Source of the DNA: Akkermansia sp.
Lineage (GTDB): Bacteria > Verrucomicrobiota > Verrucomicrobiia > Verrucomicrobiales > Akkermansiaceae
Direction of reading: 5' to 3'
DNA: 64,000 nucleotides
NCBI GenBank assembly: GCA_045644745.1
Contig: JAZRHL010000020.1
Coordinates: forward strand, 2,998-66,997
Part shown: positions 53,831-62,686 of the stretch, one piece after another
Layout of the letters: every line of letters starts with the position of its first letter
Numbering within the stretch: position 1 is the stretch's first letter
The notes under the pieces: model-generated
What the model was told of the DNA's origin: nothing
What the model saw: only the letters and a program-made list of their open reading frames with translations
The model's database searches: none
Position numbers and translations under genes: made by a program

Positions 53831-55192
53831 TCAGCGCTGGGACTTGAGATCCTGCATGAGCTGCGCGTTGCTGTGGCACTTCTTCAGGAAGAAAAGCAGG
53901 CGTTCCATAGCCTCAGTGGGCTTGTGGTTGGCCAGTCCGCGGCGGATGAGGCGTACCTTTTCCAGCCAGAGTTCGGGGAGGATGAGTTCCTCGCGGCGTG
54001 TGCCGCTCTTCAGGATATCCACGGCAGGGTAGATGTACATTTCCGCGATGCGGCGGTTGAGCACCAGTTCCATGTTGCCCGTGCCCTTGAACTCCTGGAA
54101 AATGAGCTCATCCATGCGGCTGTTCGTTTCCACCAGAGCGGTGGCCAGGATGGTGAGGGAGCCGGCGCCGCGTGTATTGCGCGCTGCGGCAAAGAGGCGG
54201 CGGGGTGTCTCCAGAGCGCGTGCATCGATGCCGCCGCTCATGGTGCGGCCGCTGCCTCGCTCTGCGTTGTTGTAGGCGCGGGCAAGGCGGGTGATGGAGT
54301 CCATGAGGATGAGCACGTGCTTGCCGGCTTCTACAAGGCGCTTGGCGCGTTCAATGGCCATTTCCGCCATGCGGCAGTGCTCGCGTACACCGCTGTCGTT
54401 GCTGGAAGCAAAGATTTCTGCGCCGGGCAGGGCGCGTTTGAACTCGGTCACTTCTTCCGGTCGCTCGTCCACCAGCAGTACCATGAGGTGCAGGTCCTCG
54501 CCGTAGTTTTCGATTGCTCCCTCGGCGATGTGCATGAGGAGGGTGGTCTTGCCGGTGCGGGGCGGTGCCACGATGAGCCCGCGCTGTCCGCGTGCTACGG
54601 GGGCCATGAGATCCAGCGTGCGGGTGGTAAAGCGGGAGGGGATGGTCTCGAAGGAGAGTCGGTGAGTCGGGTTGACCGCCTTCAGGTCATCAAAATGGGG
54701 GCAGGCGGCTGCCTCAGCAGGCTCCATTCTATTCACCTTCTGCACGGAGATGAGCTGGTGCCCTCGCTCGTAGCGCTGGGCCATGCCTGTAAGCTGCACA
54801 AAGGGGCGCAGACGAAGTTCGGATATGATATCGGCCGGCACATAGATGGCAGAATCGGAAGGAGCCCAGTCGTTGTCTGCCGTGCGGATGAAGCCGAATC
54901 CCTTGGTTGTTATTTCCAGCAGGCCGGTGATGCTTTCCGGCTCACCTACGGGTACGAACGCGCGTCCCTGGGGTTGCTGCTGGTTCTGGTTGTTGTTCTG
55001 CTTGTTTTTGTTTTTCTGGTTCTGGTGTTTGTGCTGCTTGTGGAAGGACTCCCGGCGCACCTGCCCTCCACCCTGGCGTTCGGTCTGGGTGTTCTTATTC
55101 TCGCTGCCTTGTGGGCGGGGCTTGCGATTAAAATGGCGGCGCTGGTTACGTTGCTGCCGCTGTGGGTTCTGGTGCTCCTCTGGTGCAGTCAT
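53831..55192 (-). CDS. rho: Transcription termination factor Rho with an atypical Q/N/K/R-rich N-terminal extension
   Basis: CSD-like GLLEITTKGFGFIRT, Walker A GLIVAPPRTGKTTLL, and the rest collinear with E. coli Rho. Start set at ATG 55192. Confidence 0.93.
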   Translation of the reverse strand: MTAPEEHQNPQRQQRNQRRHFNRKPRPQGSENKNTQTERQGGGQVRRESFHKQHKHQNQKNKNKQNNNQNQQQPQGRAFVPVGEPESITGLLEITTKGFGFIRTADNDWAPSDSAIYVPADIISELRLRPFVQLTGMAQRYERGHQLISVQKVNRMEPAEAAACPHFDDLKAVNPTHRLSFETIPSRFTTRTLDLMAPVARGQRGLIVAPPRTGKTTLLMHIAEGAIENYGEDLHLMVLLVDERPEEVTEFKRALPGAEIFASSNDSGVREHCRMAEMAIERAKRLVEAGKHVLILMDSITRLARAYNNAERGSGRTMSGGIDARALETPRRLFAAARNTRGAGSLTILATALVETNSRMDELIFQEFKGTGNMELVLNRRIAEMYIYPAVDILKSGTRREELILPELWLEKVRLIRRGLANHKPTEAMERLLFFLKKCHSNAQLMQDLKSQR

Positions 55193-55289
55193 GGCTTCAG
55201 AAAACAAAAAGAAGCGGGGAGATTCAAGCAAAGAGGGCAGGCGGAATCAAATAGGCACCGCCTGCCCATAATAAGGGATGAGTCAGATA

Positions 55290-56042
55290 TCAGAGCTGCT
55301 CGAGCACTGCTTCATCGATCTCGAAGTTAGCGAACACGTTCATCGTGTCGTCGTAGTCATCCAGCAGGTCATAAAGCTTCATGACCTTGCGGGCTACGGC
55401 TACATCGGAAATCATGGTGGGGTTCTGGGGCACGGAGATGAGCTTCATGCCGGTCACGTTCTTGCCGGCTGCGCCCAGAGCTTCGGAAACAGTGCCCAGA
55501 TCCGTGGGGCCACAGGTGAATACCCATTCGCCGTCTTCGTCGCCGGTTTCGAACTCATCGGCGCCGCAGTCCATGGCAAGCTCCATGGCGGAGTCTTCGT
55601 CGAGCGTGGCATCAATGAAACGGATTTCGCCCTTGCGGTCGAATTGGTAGGACACGGAGCGGGGGGTGCCCATGTTGCCGCCATTCTTGGAGAAAATGGT
55701 GCGGATTTCGGAGGAGCAGCGGTTGGTGTTGTCCGTAGCAACTTCCACGATGATGGCGGTACCCTCGGGACCGTAGCCCTCGTAGGTTACTTCCTGAATG
55801 GCCTCGCCCTGGAGTTCGCCCGTGCCCTTCTTGACCGCGCGGTCGATGTTATCCTTGGGCATGGAGGCAGCCTTGGCGCCTTCAATAGCCGTGCGCAGGC
55901 GAGGGTTGGTGTCGATATCGCCGCCGCCGCTCTTGGCAGCCAGGGTGATTTCCTTGGAGAAACGGGCGAATATCTTGCCCTTCTTCGCGTCGGCTGCTGC
56001 CTTCGTGAACTTAATCTTGGACCATTTGTTATGACCGGACAT
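55290..56042 (-). CDS. yebC: YebC/PmpR family transcriptional regulator
   Basis: MSGHNKWSKIKFTKAAADAKKGKIFA... is the canonical YebC N-terminus. Confidence 0.93.
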   Translation of the reverse strand: MSGHNKWSKIKFTKAAADAKKGKIFARFSKEITLAAKSGGGDIDTNPRLRTAIEGAKAASMPKDNIDRAVKKGTGELQGEAIQEVTYEGYGPEGTAIIVEVATDNTNRCSSEIRTIFSKNGGNMGTPRSVSYQFDRKGEIRFIDATLDEDSAMELAMDCGADEFETGDEDGEWVFTCGPTDLGTVSEALGAAGKNVTGMKLISVPQNPTMISDVAVARKVMKLYDLLDDYDDTMNVFANFEIDEAVLEQL

Positions 56043-56207
56043 AAATGTGTTATGTGTGGGGTGAATGAATCACAGGAGGGAGCAGCCTGCCATGCTGTTG
56101 AGCCGGGTGGCCATTGCCATTCCCTCCCTCTGCGCCAGGGCGGAGACCAATCTCCGCTGCGCTGCCGTCTGGTCGACGGCTACCGGCGAATGCCGGAAAA
56201 AGAAAAA

Positions 56208-56281
<74 letters not shown>

Positions 56282-56298
56282 CTGTTTAAGCCGGGGGA

Positions 56299-56326
56299 AT
56301 TATACATGTAATTTTACCTTTGGCAA
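56299..56326 (-). promoter_or_regulatory. Promoter TTGCCA-16-TATAAT with a GC-rich discriminator for tRNA-Pro
   Basis: Reverse complement of 56321..56326 and 56299..56304, followed by TCCCCCGGC. Confidence 0.65.
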
Positions 56327-56360
56327 GCACAAATTTGTATATTTGCCGTAAATATGGCAT

Positions 56361-56395
56361 AAAAAGCACCGCATGGGCGGATGCCATGCGGTGCT
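56361..56395 (-). terminator. Intrinsic terminator after the 690-aa protein gene
   Basis: GCACCGCATGG...CCATGCGGTGC 11-bp stem, followed on the minus strand by TTTTT. Confidence 0.8.
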
Positions 56396-56426
56396 CTGTA
56401 AGCGGTGTATATCTGCGTTGGAATGT

Positions 56427-58499
56427 TTATTCCTTGTCGCGGCTCTTGTAGGAATCGCGCATCTGGGCGTCCTTCACAGCGTTGTTGCGGGCCTTTTCCT
56501 TGGCCTGCTCGGCGGCGAACTTGATGTCTTCGTCCTTGTCGGACACGAAGCGGTCAAGCAGGGCAATCACCCAGTCATGGTCGTGCAGGGTGGAAAGCAC
56601 CGTGATAAGCTGCTTCTTCTGGCCTCGCTGCTTTTCGAGGGTCTTGAGCTGTTCCTGAAGTTTGGGCAAATCCGGGTGGTCATCACCGATGTAGAGCGTG
56701 GACATGGAGTCCGTCTTGTTGATGATGTCCTGAATGCCGGAGGTGTCAGCGAAGGGCTCATCGAAGTAGAGAGCAAGGAGTTTGTCAGCTGTTTCAACAG
56801 AGCGCTCGCGGTTCTGGGCGAGGATGGTGCCGATGACGGAGTTGATGCGGTCCTGAATCTTGGCGTCATCCTTGTTGGCCTCCTTCTGTTCGAGCACGAA
56901 GTCGAGGATGTCATCGTTACCCCAGGCGCCGATGAATACGGAGGGCGCGCCCTTCCATTTTTCGGATTCAAGCTGGCTCTTGTAGAACTCCAGAGCCTTG
57001 GGTGAGCAGGCGCGGGCAAGAGAGGTGACAATGGAGGTGTTCTTGCGAAGTTTCTCCGGGATGCCGGTGAAGATGTCGTCGCCCAGCTTGGCCTTGGCAT
57101 CGGCATCATCCATCATGGAAAGAATGTTATCCAGACAGATGCAGAGGTTGCCGGCAAGCTTGTTGTCGGTGATGTCGGACTTGAGCAGAGCAATGATTTC
57201 CGGCGCATCTGCAGGAGAAACACGCAGACCGATGCATTCCCAGATGGAGGCGAGCACCGTGCTCTTCTGCATCCAGGGCTTGGCGGTCTTCTTGTCCTGT
57301 ACCACCTGAGCCAGCTTCTTGAGGCTGGCGTTCACGCCCTTTGCGTTGGAAATGGCGATGCGCTGCAGCAGCCAGGTGAACAGCGTGGGCTTGATCTTGT
57401 TGCAGTTCTTGCCCAGGGAATCGAAAATCATGTCGCGGATGGCTTCATCCTTTTCTGCGGCCAGACCCAGCAGCAGACAGGCGTTCTGAGCCACACCCTC
57501 TGCACGGGCGCCGTAGCGGGGCTTACCGTTCTCTCCCTTCACAAAGGGATCGATAACCACCTCCATGAGAGCCTTGGCATCTGCCATGGTGCAGGTTACA
57601 TCCACATTCTTCTTGGCGGCATCGGCCAGGTTTTCCACGGCCTTCATGTTGATTTCCTGGGCGCGCTTGAGCAGGGAGTTCGTGTAGTCAATGTGAGCCT
57701 GGATACGGGCGTTCTCAGCCTGCTTCTGTACCACCATGGTGGTGCAGACGCCGATAGTCACAACCAGAGCAGCAGCGCCACCGATGAAGAGCTTGTTCTT
57801 CCAGATGGGGACTTGCTGGCTTTCCTCTGCGAGAGCCTGCATGTAGGCTTCACGCTGGGCGGCCTCATCATCGCTCATGTCTGTGCTGCTCTTGGATGCT
57901 GTTGCGGCGGGCTTTTTCTTTTTCTTTGCACCGGCCACGGAGATGTTACTCTTGGGCTTGCTACCCTTGGCGGCGCGAAGCTTTTCGGTAGGCGTGGGTG
58001 CATCGGGAGCCTCTTCTTCCACCATGGTCTGAGCTGCAGCCGCGGCTTCAGTAGCGTCATCGGCTGCTGCGGTAGCAGCTGCCTGTTCCTCTGCGGCCTG
58101 CAATGCGGCCATCTGGCGGTTATACTCCTCCATCTGGCGGTTGTACTCCTCCATCTGGCGCTCGTATTCTTCCTGTGCTTGGCGGGCAGCTTCTGCTTCT
58201 GCGGCAGCCTGAGCCTCGGCTGCTGCCTTGGCTTCGGCTTCAGCCTGTGCTGCTGCAGCGATGGCGGCTTCATCTACCTGCGGTTCAGCTGCGGGTGCAG
58301 GGGTGGGTGCAGGAGTAGTGGTCTTAGGATTCTTGGGTGCAGCTGTCTTAGGTTCTGCGGGCGCAGCGGTCTTGGGGGTAATCGTCTTGCCGGTGGCGCT
58401 CTTGAGAGTCACTTGCTTGGCAGGGGCGGTGCCGGAGGGGCGCAGCAGACGAGCCGGAGTCGCCGGTGCGCTGGCGGTTTTCAGTTTCGGAGTAGCCAT
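56427..58499 (-). CDS. Membrane-anchored protein: Ala/Pro/Glu/Lys-rich disordered N-region, one TM, large helical-repeat C-domain
   Basis: 690-aa ORF. Low-complexity N-terminus with a tandem EY(E/N)RQM(E/A) x3 repeat. TM LFIGGAAALVVTIGVCTTMVV. The C-terminal ~430 aa are helical (HEAT/ARM-like impression only). Confidence 0.7.
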   Translation of the reverse strand: MATPKLKTASAPATPARLLRPSGTAPAKQVTLKSATGKTITPKTAAPAEPKTAAPKNPKTTTPAPTPAPAAEPQVDEAAIAAAAQAEAEAKAAAEAQAAAEAEAARQAQEEYERQMEEYNRQMEEYNRQMAALQAAEEQAAATAAADDATEAAAAAQTMVEEEAPDAPTPTEKLRAAKGSKPKSNISVAGAKKKKKPAATASKSSTDMSDDEAAQREAYMQALAEESQQVPIWKNKLFIGGAAALVVTIGVCTTMVVQKQAENARIQAHIDYTNSLLKRAQEINMKAVENLADAAKKNVDVTCTMADAKALMEVVIDPFVKGENGKPRYGARAEGVAQNACLLLGLAAEKDEAIRDMIFDSLGKNCNKIKPTLFTWLLQRIAISNAKGVNASLKKLAQVVQDKKTAKPWMQKSTVLASIWECIGLRVSPADAPEIIALLKSDITDNKLAGNLCICLDNILSMMDDADAKAKLGDDIFTGIPEKLRKNTSIVTSLARACSPKALEFYKSQLESEKWKGAPSVFIGAWGNDDILDFVLEQKEANKDDAKIQDRINSVIGTILAQNRERSVETADKLLALYFDEPFADTSGIQDIINKTDSMSTLYIGDDHPDLPKLQEQLKTLEKQRGQKKQLITVLSTLHDHDWVIALLDRFVSDKDEDIKFAAEQAKEKARNNAVKDAQMRDSYKSRDKE
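58110..58172. repeat. 21-bp tandem repeat x3 inside the CDS (CATCTGGCGGTTATACTCCTC and variants)
   Basis: Read directly. Encodes the EY(E/N)RQM(E/A) peptide repeat on the minus strand. Confidence 0.9.
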
Positions 58500-58605
58500 A
58501 GTATGCTGATATGGTGAGAGATTGAACTACGTACACCACACATTTACCATATTTTCTGCCGGAATGCAATCATTCATTCCTGCCAATTCCTGCTTTTTTG
58601 CAAAA

Positions 58606-59334
58606 TCAGTTGCGCTCAGTCATGAGCTTGATGCCCAGTGGTAGTGCCAGACAGAGCAATGTGGCCGCGTATGCGATTTCGCTGGCGAGGTCGGAGCAGG
58701 AGAGCAGGGCGTGGGTGCAGATGCCCACAATGCAGACGAAGAGGGCGACAGAGAGGTGACGTCTAGCGATGCAAAGGGCCAGCCCGGTGGCAAGAAAGAC
58801 AGAGCCGGGCAGGGTGTTGATGGCCTGTCCTTGGAGCTCTCCGCATATCATCAGGCTGAGCAGCGAAACGGGCAGGCAGAGCCATGCAAAGGCCTGGTGC
58901 TTGAGCTGGGCTGTCAGTAGGCATAGTATCAGCGCGAATGAGACAACGCCCAAGATTTCGAAAGGTAATTCAGATGGCACGCATGTGGCTTCCGGTGGAA
59001 AGATGAGGTGCATGCACAAAGTGCAGCTGGCCAGAGTAGGGACTCCGCACCAGAGACAGGAGGAAGCTACGCGAAGGAGCGTGTCGATATTCCGCATTTT
59101 TCCCCTCGCCAGTTTCAGTGCTGCCTGCATACACAGGGAAAAGGCAGCGCCACAGATAAGGAAAAGTGCGGCCGTAAATACTCCCTGCGGCAGGCTGTGG
59201 CGTAAGTCCCAGAAGCTGATGCCGCCCAGTGTACTGCCGCCCGAGAAGGGGGTGGCCATGTGCGCAGCGCGCAGCGCCGCCAGTATCAGCATGAGTGCTG
59301 CTACCAGAGACATCAGGAAAAGCCGCCTGCGCAT
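58606..59334 (-). CDS. Cys-rich polytopic membrane protein of unknown function
   Basis: 242 aa, ~7 hydrophobic segments, 15 Cys counted. Starts 9 nt downstream of the map stop. Confidence 0.65.
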   Translation of the reverse strand: MRRRLFLMSLVAALMLILAALRAAHMATPFSGGSTLGGISFWDLRHSLPQGVFTAALFLICGAAFSLCMQAALKLARGKMRNIDTLLRVASSCLWCGVPTLASCTLCMHLIFPPEATCVPSELPFEILGVVSFALILCLLTAQLKHQAFAWLCLPVSLLSLMICGELQGQAINTLPGSVFLATGLALCIARRHLSVALFVCIVGICTHALLSCSDLASEIAYAATLLCLALPLGIKLMTERN

Positions 59335-59343
59335 GGGAATGTA

Positions 59344-60141
59344 TTACAGGGTGATGCCGAGTTGCTCGGGAAGGGCGATGCGCGGACGCTCGGTCAGGAT
59401 TTCGCCACCGTGGGAGCCGACTGCCACGGTGTGTTCGAAATGGGCAGCCCAGGAACCATCGGTGGTCACGGCGGTCCAGTCATCCTCCAGCACGCGCACG
59501 CGATAGGAACCGAGCGTAATCATGGGCTCGATGGCGAGAATCATGCCGCGCTTCAGGCGGGGCAGGGCGTAATTCGGGCGGTAGTTCGGAATCTGCGGTT
59601 CCTCGTGCAGGTGGCGGCCCACGCCGTGGCCCACATAGTCACGCACAATGCCGAAGCCGAAGGGACGCACAAAATCCTCGATGGCACCGCACACGTCCAT
59701 AAGGGAATTGCCCTGCTTGGCCTGCTCGATACCGCGGAAAAGTGCTTCCTCCGTCACAGCCATGAGCTTGCGGGCTTCCGCGCTGACATTGGAGCCCACG
59801 CCCACGGTCATGGCGTTGTCGCCATACCAGCCGTCCACAATGGCGCCGGCATCCAGACTGACGATATCGCCATCGTGCAGCACGCGCGGTCCACCGATGC
59901 CGTGTACGATTTCCTCGTTCACCGAGATGCACAGCTGGCCGGGGTAGCCACCGTAGCCGAAGAAGGCGTTGCCGCACTTCTCTCGCTGGAAAAGCTCTTT
60001 GGCGTAATCATCAATTTCCTTGGTGGTGATTCCGGGGCGGATAATGGTCTGCAGCTCCATGAGAATGCGGGCAGATACCTCGCCTGCCTTGCGGAGCTTG
60101 CTGATTTCGTTCGGGTTTCGTACAGGAATTCGGTTTGACAT
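59344..60141 (-). CDS. map: Type I methionine aminopeptidase
   Basis: LRKAGEV..., the metal ligand pattern D..D..H..E..E (SLDAGAIVDGWYGD, VGHGVG, AIEPM, EHTV). Confidence 0.95.
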   Translation of the reverse strand: MSNRIPVRNPNEISKLRKAGEVSARILMELQTIIRPGITTKEIDDYAKELFQREKCGNAFFGYGGYPGQLCISVNEEIVHGIGGPRVLHDGDIVSLDAGAIVDGWYGDNAMTVGVGSNVSAEARKLMAVTEEALFRGIEQAKQGNSLMDVCGAIEDFVRPFGFGIVRDYVGHGVGRHLHEEPQIPNYRPNYALPRLKRGMILAIEPMITLGSYRVRVLEDDWTAVTTDGSWAAHFEHTVAVGSHGGEILTERPRIALPEQLGITL

Positions 60142-60237
60142 GGGGCTGGAGGCATTCTATCACAGCCCGGCGGCGGGGGCAAGCGTGTTCCCTGCGAAAT
60201 TTTGGTCAGTTTTAGGGAGAAAAACGCCATTTTGTGC

Positions 60238-60266
60238 TTGAAGCCACGCGGAACGGGGTGTAGAAT
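60238..60266 (+). promoter_or_regulatory. Promoter TTGAAG-17-TAGAAT, 7 nt before the lpxA ATG
   Basis: Read directly. Confidence 0.5.
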
Positions 60267-60273
60267 GCGGGTT

Positions 60274-61062
60274 ATGGCAGATATTCATCCGACAGCTATT
60301 GTTGACCCGACTTGCGAAATTGCAGATGACGTGAAGATTGGGCCGTATTGTGTGGTGGGGCCGCATGTGCAGCTGGGTGCCGGCTGTGTGTTGCACAGTC
60401 ATGTGGTAATTGGTGGCCCGTCGAAGTTCGGCAAGGGGAACGAGTTCTTCCCGTTCTGCACTATCGGCACAAAGACTCAGGATTTGAAGTATGCCGGTGA
60501 GCCTACGACGCTGGAAGTAGGTGATTACAATGTGTTCCGTGAATACTGCAATATCAACCGTTCCACCGCACCTGACCTGCGTACAGTAATCGGTTCGTAC
60601 AACAATTTCCTCATTCATTCTCATTGCGGTCACGAGTGTATTGTGGGTGACCACAACATCTTCTCCGGTTATGCTGCTGCTGCCGGCCACTGCGAAATCG
60701 GCAACTGGGTAATCGTTTCCGGCTGCGCTGCTCTGCACCAGTTTGTGCGTGTGGGCGACCACGCCATGGTAGGCGGTATGGCCAAGGTGGTGCAGGATAT
60801 TGCCCCCTACATGATTGCCGAAGGTTCTCCTGCCTGCCTGCGTTCGGTCAATCAGGTGGGGCTTTCCCGTCGCGGTTTCTCTGATGAGGATATCCGCGCT
60901 ATCCGTTTTGCGTATCGTAAGTTGTTCCTGTACAAGGAAGATAAGACCAAGCTGGAAGACAAGCTGGCCGAGGTGCTGGGCGATGAAAAGTACGGCAGCA
61001 ACTCATGCATTGCTTACATCGTGGACTTCCTGCGTAATTCCCAGCGCGGATTTGCCCGCTGA
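60274..61062 (+). CDS. lpxA: Acyl-ACP--UDP-N-acetylglucosamine O-acyltransferase
   Basis: MADIHPTAIVDPTCEIADDVKIGPYCVVGPHVQLG hexapeptide repeats and an LpxA-type C-terminal helical domain. Confidence 0.93.
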   Translation: MADIHPTAIVDPTCEIADDVKIGPYCVVGPHVQLGAGCVLHSHVVIGGPSKFGKGNEFFPFCTIGTKTQDLKYAGEPTTLEVGDYNVFREYCNINRSTAPDLRTVIGSYNNFLIHSHCGHECIVGDHNIFSGYAAAAGHCEIGNWVIVSGCAALHQFVRVGDHAMVGGMAKVVQDIAPYMIAEGSPACLRSVNQVGLSRRGFSDEDIRAIRFAYRKLFLYKEDKTKLEDKLAEVLGDEKYGSNSCIAYIVDFLRNSQRGFAR

Positions 61063-61733
61063 TGAAAAAGTATCTGGTTTTTGATCTGGATGGTACACTG
61101 GTTGATTCCCTGCCCGGTATAGCGGCGGGAATCAACCGTGCTTTATCTGCCTGCGGGCTGCCGACGCATGCACCGGAGAAAGTGCGTGGCATGATTGGTC
61201 GCGGTGCGGCAAATCTGTGTGCGCAGGCGATCGGGTTTGCCAGCTCGGCAGATGCGCCTGCTGCCCAGCTGGATGCTGTGCATGCCGCTTTCCGCAGGGA
61301 ATACCCTCACTGCTGGTGCGGGGAGGAGTATACCCGCCCGTATGATGGTATCACCGCGCTTCTGGAGAAACTGGCTGCAGCCGGTGCGCGTATGGCGGTG
61401 CTCTCCAATAAGCCGCACGAGGTGACGGAACCTATGGTGCGTCATATTTTTTCCACGGTGCCGTTTGATGTGGTGCTCGGTTTCACTCCTGCCTTCCCCC
61501 GCAAGCCGAATCCTGCCTCCATGCACCACATTGCAGAGCATTGGGGTGTTACTCCTGCAGAAATTACACTGGTGGGAGATTCTCTCTTTGATGCCCGCTG
61601 TGCTGAGAATGCCGGTACCTCCCTGGTGCTGGTCGGCTGGGGATACGCTGCAGACCCGGCGGCTCTGCGGGCCTGGACTGCGCCCGTATGTGAAACGATG
61701 GAGGAGCTGGAGTCTCTGTTGCTGGGGGTATGA
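61062..61733 (+). CDS. HAD-family hydrolase (phosphoglycolate phosphatase-like)
   Basis: LVFDLDGTLVDS motif I, SNK motif, GDSLFD motif IV. Confidence 0.8.
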   Translation: MKKYLVFDLDGTLVDSLPGIAAGINRALSACGLPTHAPEKVRGMIGRGAANLCAQAIGFASSADAPAAQLDAVHAAFRREYPHCWCGEEYTRPYDGITALLEKLAAAGARMAVLSNKPHEVTEPMVRHIFSTVPFDVVLGFTPAFPRKPNPASMHHIAEHWGVTPAEITLVGDSLFDARCAENAGTSLVLVGWGYAADPAALRAWTAPVCETMEELESLLLGV

Positions 61734-62662
61734 AGTGGTTGTATGGCGTTCTTCGTGTGGCTCTGGCGCTGTTGCTCATGCTGCCTGTATTGGCTTTGCC
61801 GTATTATTTTGCCCGGTGCGCTGGGAATTGGTACGAGGTGCTGCATGAGGAACCGTATCTGAAGATTAACCCGGACGCCGTAGACCCCGCCAATGAAGGC
61901 CGAAAAGTGCAGTTGACAGCCCCTGCGCATACGGATGAGTGGCTGGAGCTGCGGGATATCGGCGTGCGCTGCCAGGCGCTCCGGTTGGAGTTGCGTGATA
62001 GCGCTTTCACTCGGGAACGTTCGTTCATGGGCTTGCCTTTGCGGAGTAGGTGCAGCTTTGCCCGCAATGTCCGGCTGGGGGCATTTTCCATGCGGGTGAA
62101 GGATGAATATATGGCGGAACGCATGGGAAATCAGGCGATTCCGTGGGGACTGTTGAATCTGCCGGATGCGTGGGTACCGCATTGTCGTGTAGTGCAGGAT
62201 GGGTTTTATGAGGCACCACGTTTCCTGAATCTGGAGTTCGGGTCGGATTCTCCAAGGCGAATGCACTGCAGTATGGCTGCCAATGGTTCGGTCGTGGTGG
62301 TCCGCGGCGTGCAGCGTGGCTCGGAAATCAGCCCGGTTCATGGGCTGGCCCGTGATGAGCAGTTTTTTGCGTTAAATGATGTGTCATTGCGGGAGTTCAA
62401 GAGGAACGATGCAGGTATCGCCTTATTAATGACTCTGATGCTGCCGGCCGTGTTGATTGGGGTGTTCCGTCTGGTGTATTGGCAGAAGGGGGCAAAAAGC
62501 ACTTCGCTGGTTATCTACCTCATGATATTGCTGGATGCCGGGGCTTTCCTCTGTTTCAGTGGAGTGGTAGATGGTGTATGGCTCGGCGTTGTCGGCATGC
62601 TGGCTGTCTTGTCAGCGTGGCAGATTGTCAGGAGTGTCCGCGCTTTTGGCGTTGACGGTTAG
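61730..62662 (+). CDS. Membrane protein (1 N-terminal TM + soluble domain + 3 C-terminal TMs. TMEM43/DUF1625-like topology)
   Basis: Topology read from the hydrophobic segments. The family guess is weak. ATGA-type overlap with the upstream gene. Confidence 0.55.
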   Translation: MKWLYGVLRVALALLLMLPVLALPYYFARCAGNWYEVLHEEPYLKINPDAVDPANEGRKVQLTAPAHTDEWLELRDIGVRCQALRLELRDSAFTRERSFMGLPLRSRCSFARNVRLGAFSMRVKDEYMAERMGNQAIPWGLLNLPDAWVPHCRVVQDGFYEAPRFLNLEFGSDSPRRMHCSMAANGSVVVVRGVQRGSEISPVHGLARDEQFFALNDVSLREFKRNDAGIALLMTLMLPAVLIGVFRLVYWQKGAKSTSLVIYLMILLDAGAFLCFSGVVDGVWLGVVGMLAVLSAWQIVRSVRAFGVDG

Positions 62663-62680
62663 ACGGAATGCGGGTATGAT
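62652..62680 (+). promoter_or_regulatory. Promoter TTGACG-17-TATGAT, 6 nt before ATG 62687
   Basis: Read directly. The -35 overlaps the end of the preceding CDS. Confidence 0.55.
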
Positions 62681-62686
62681 ACCTGC

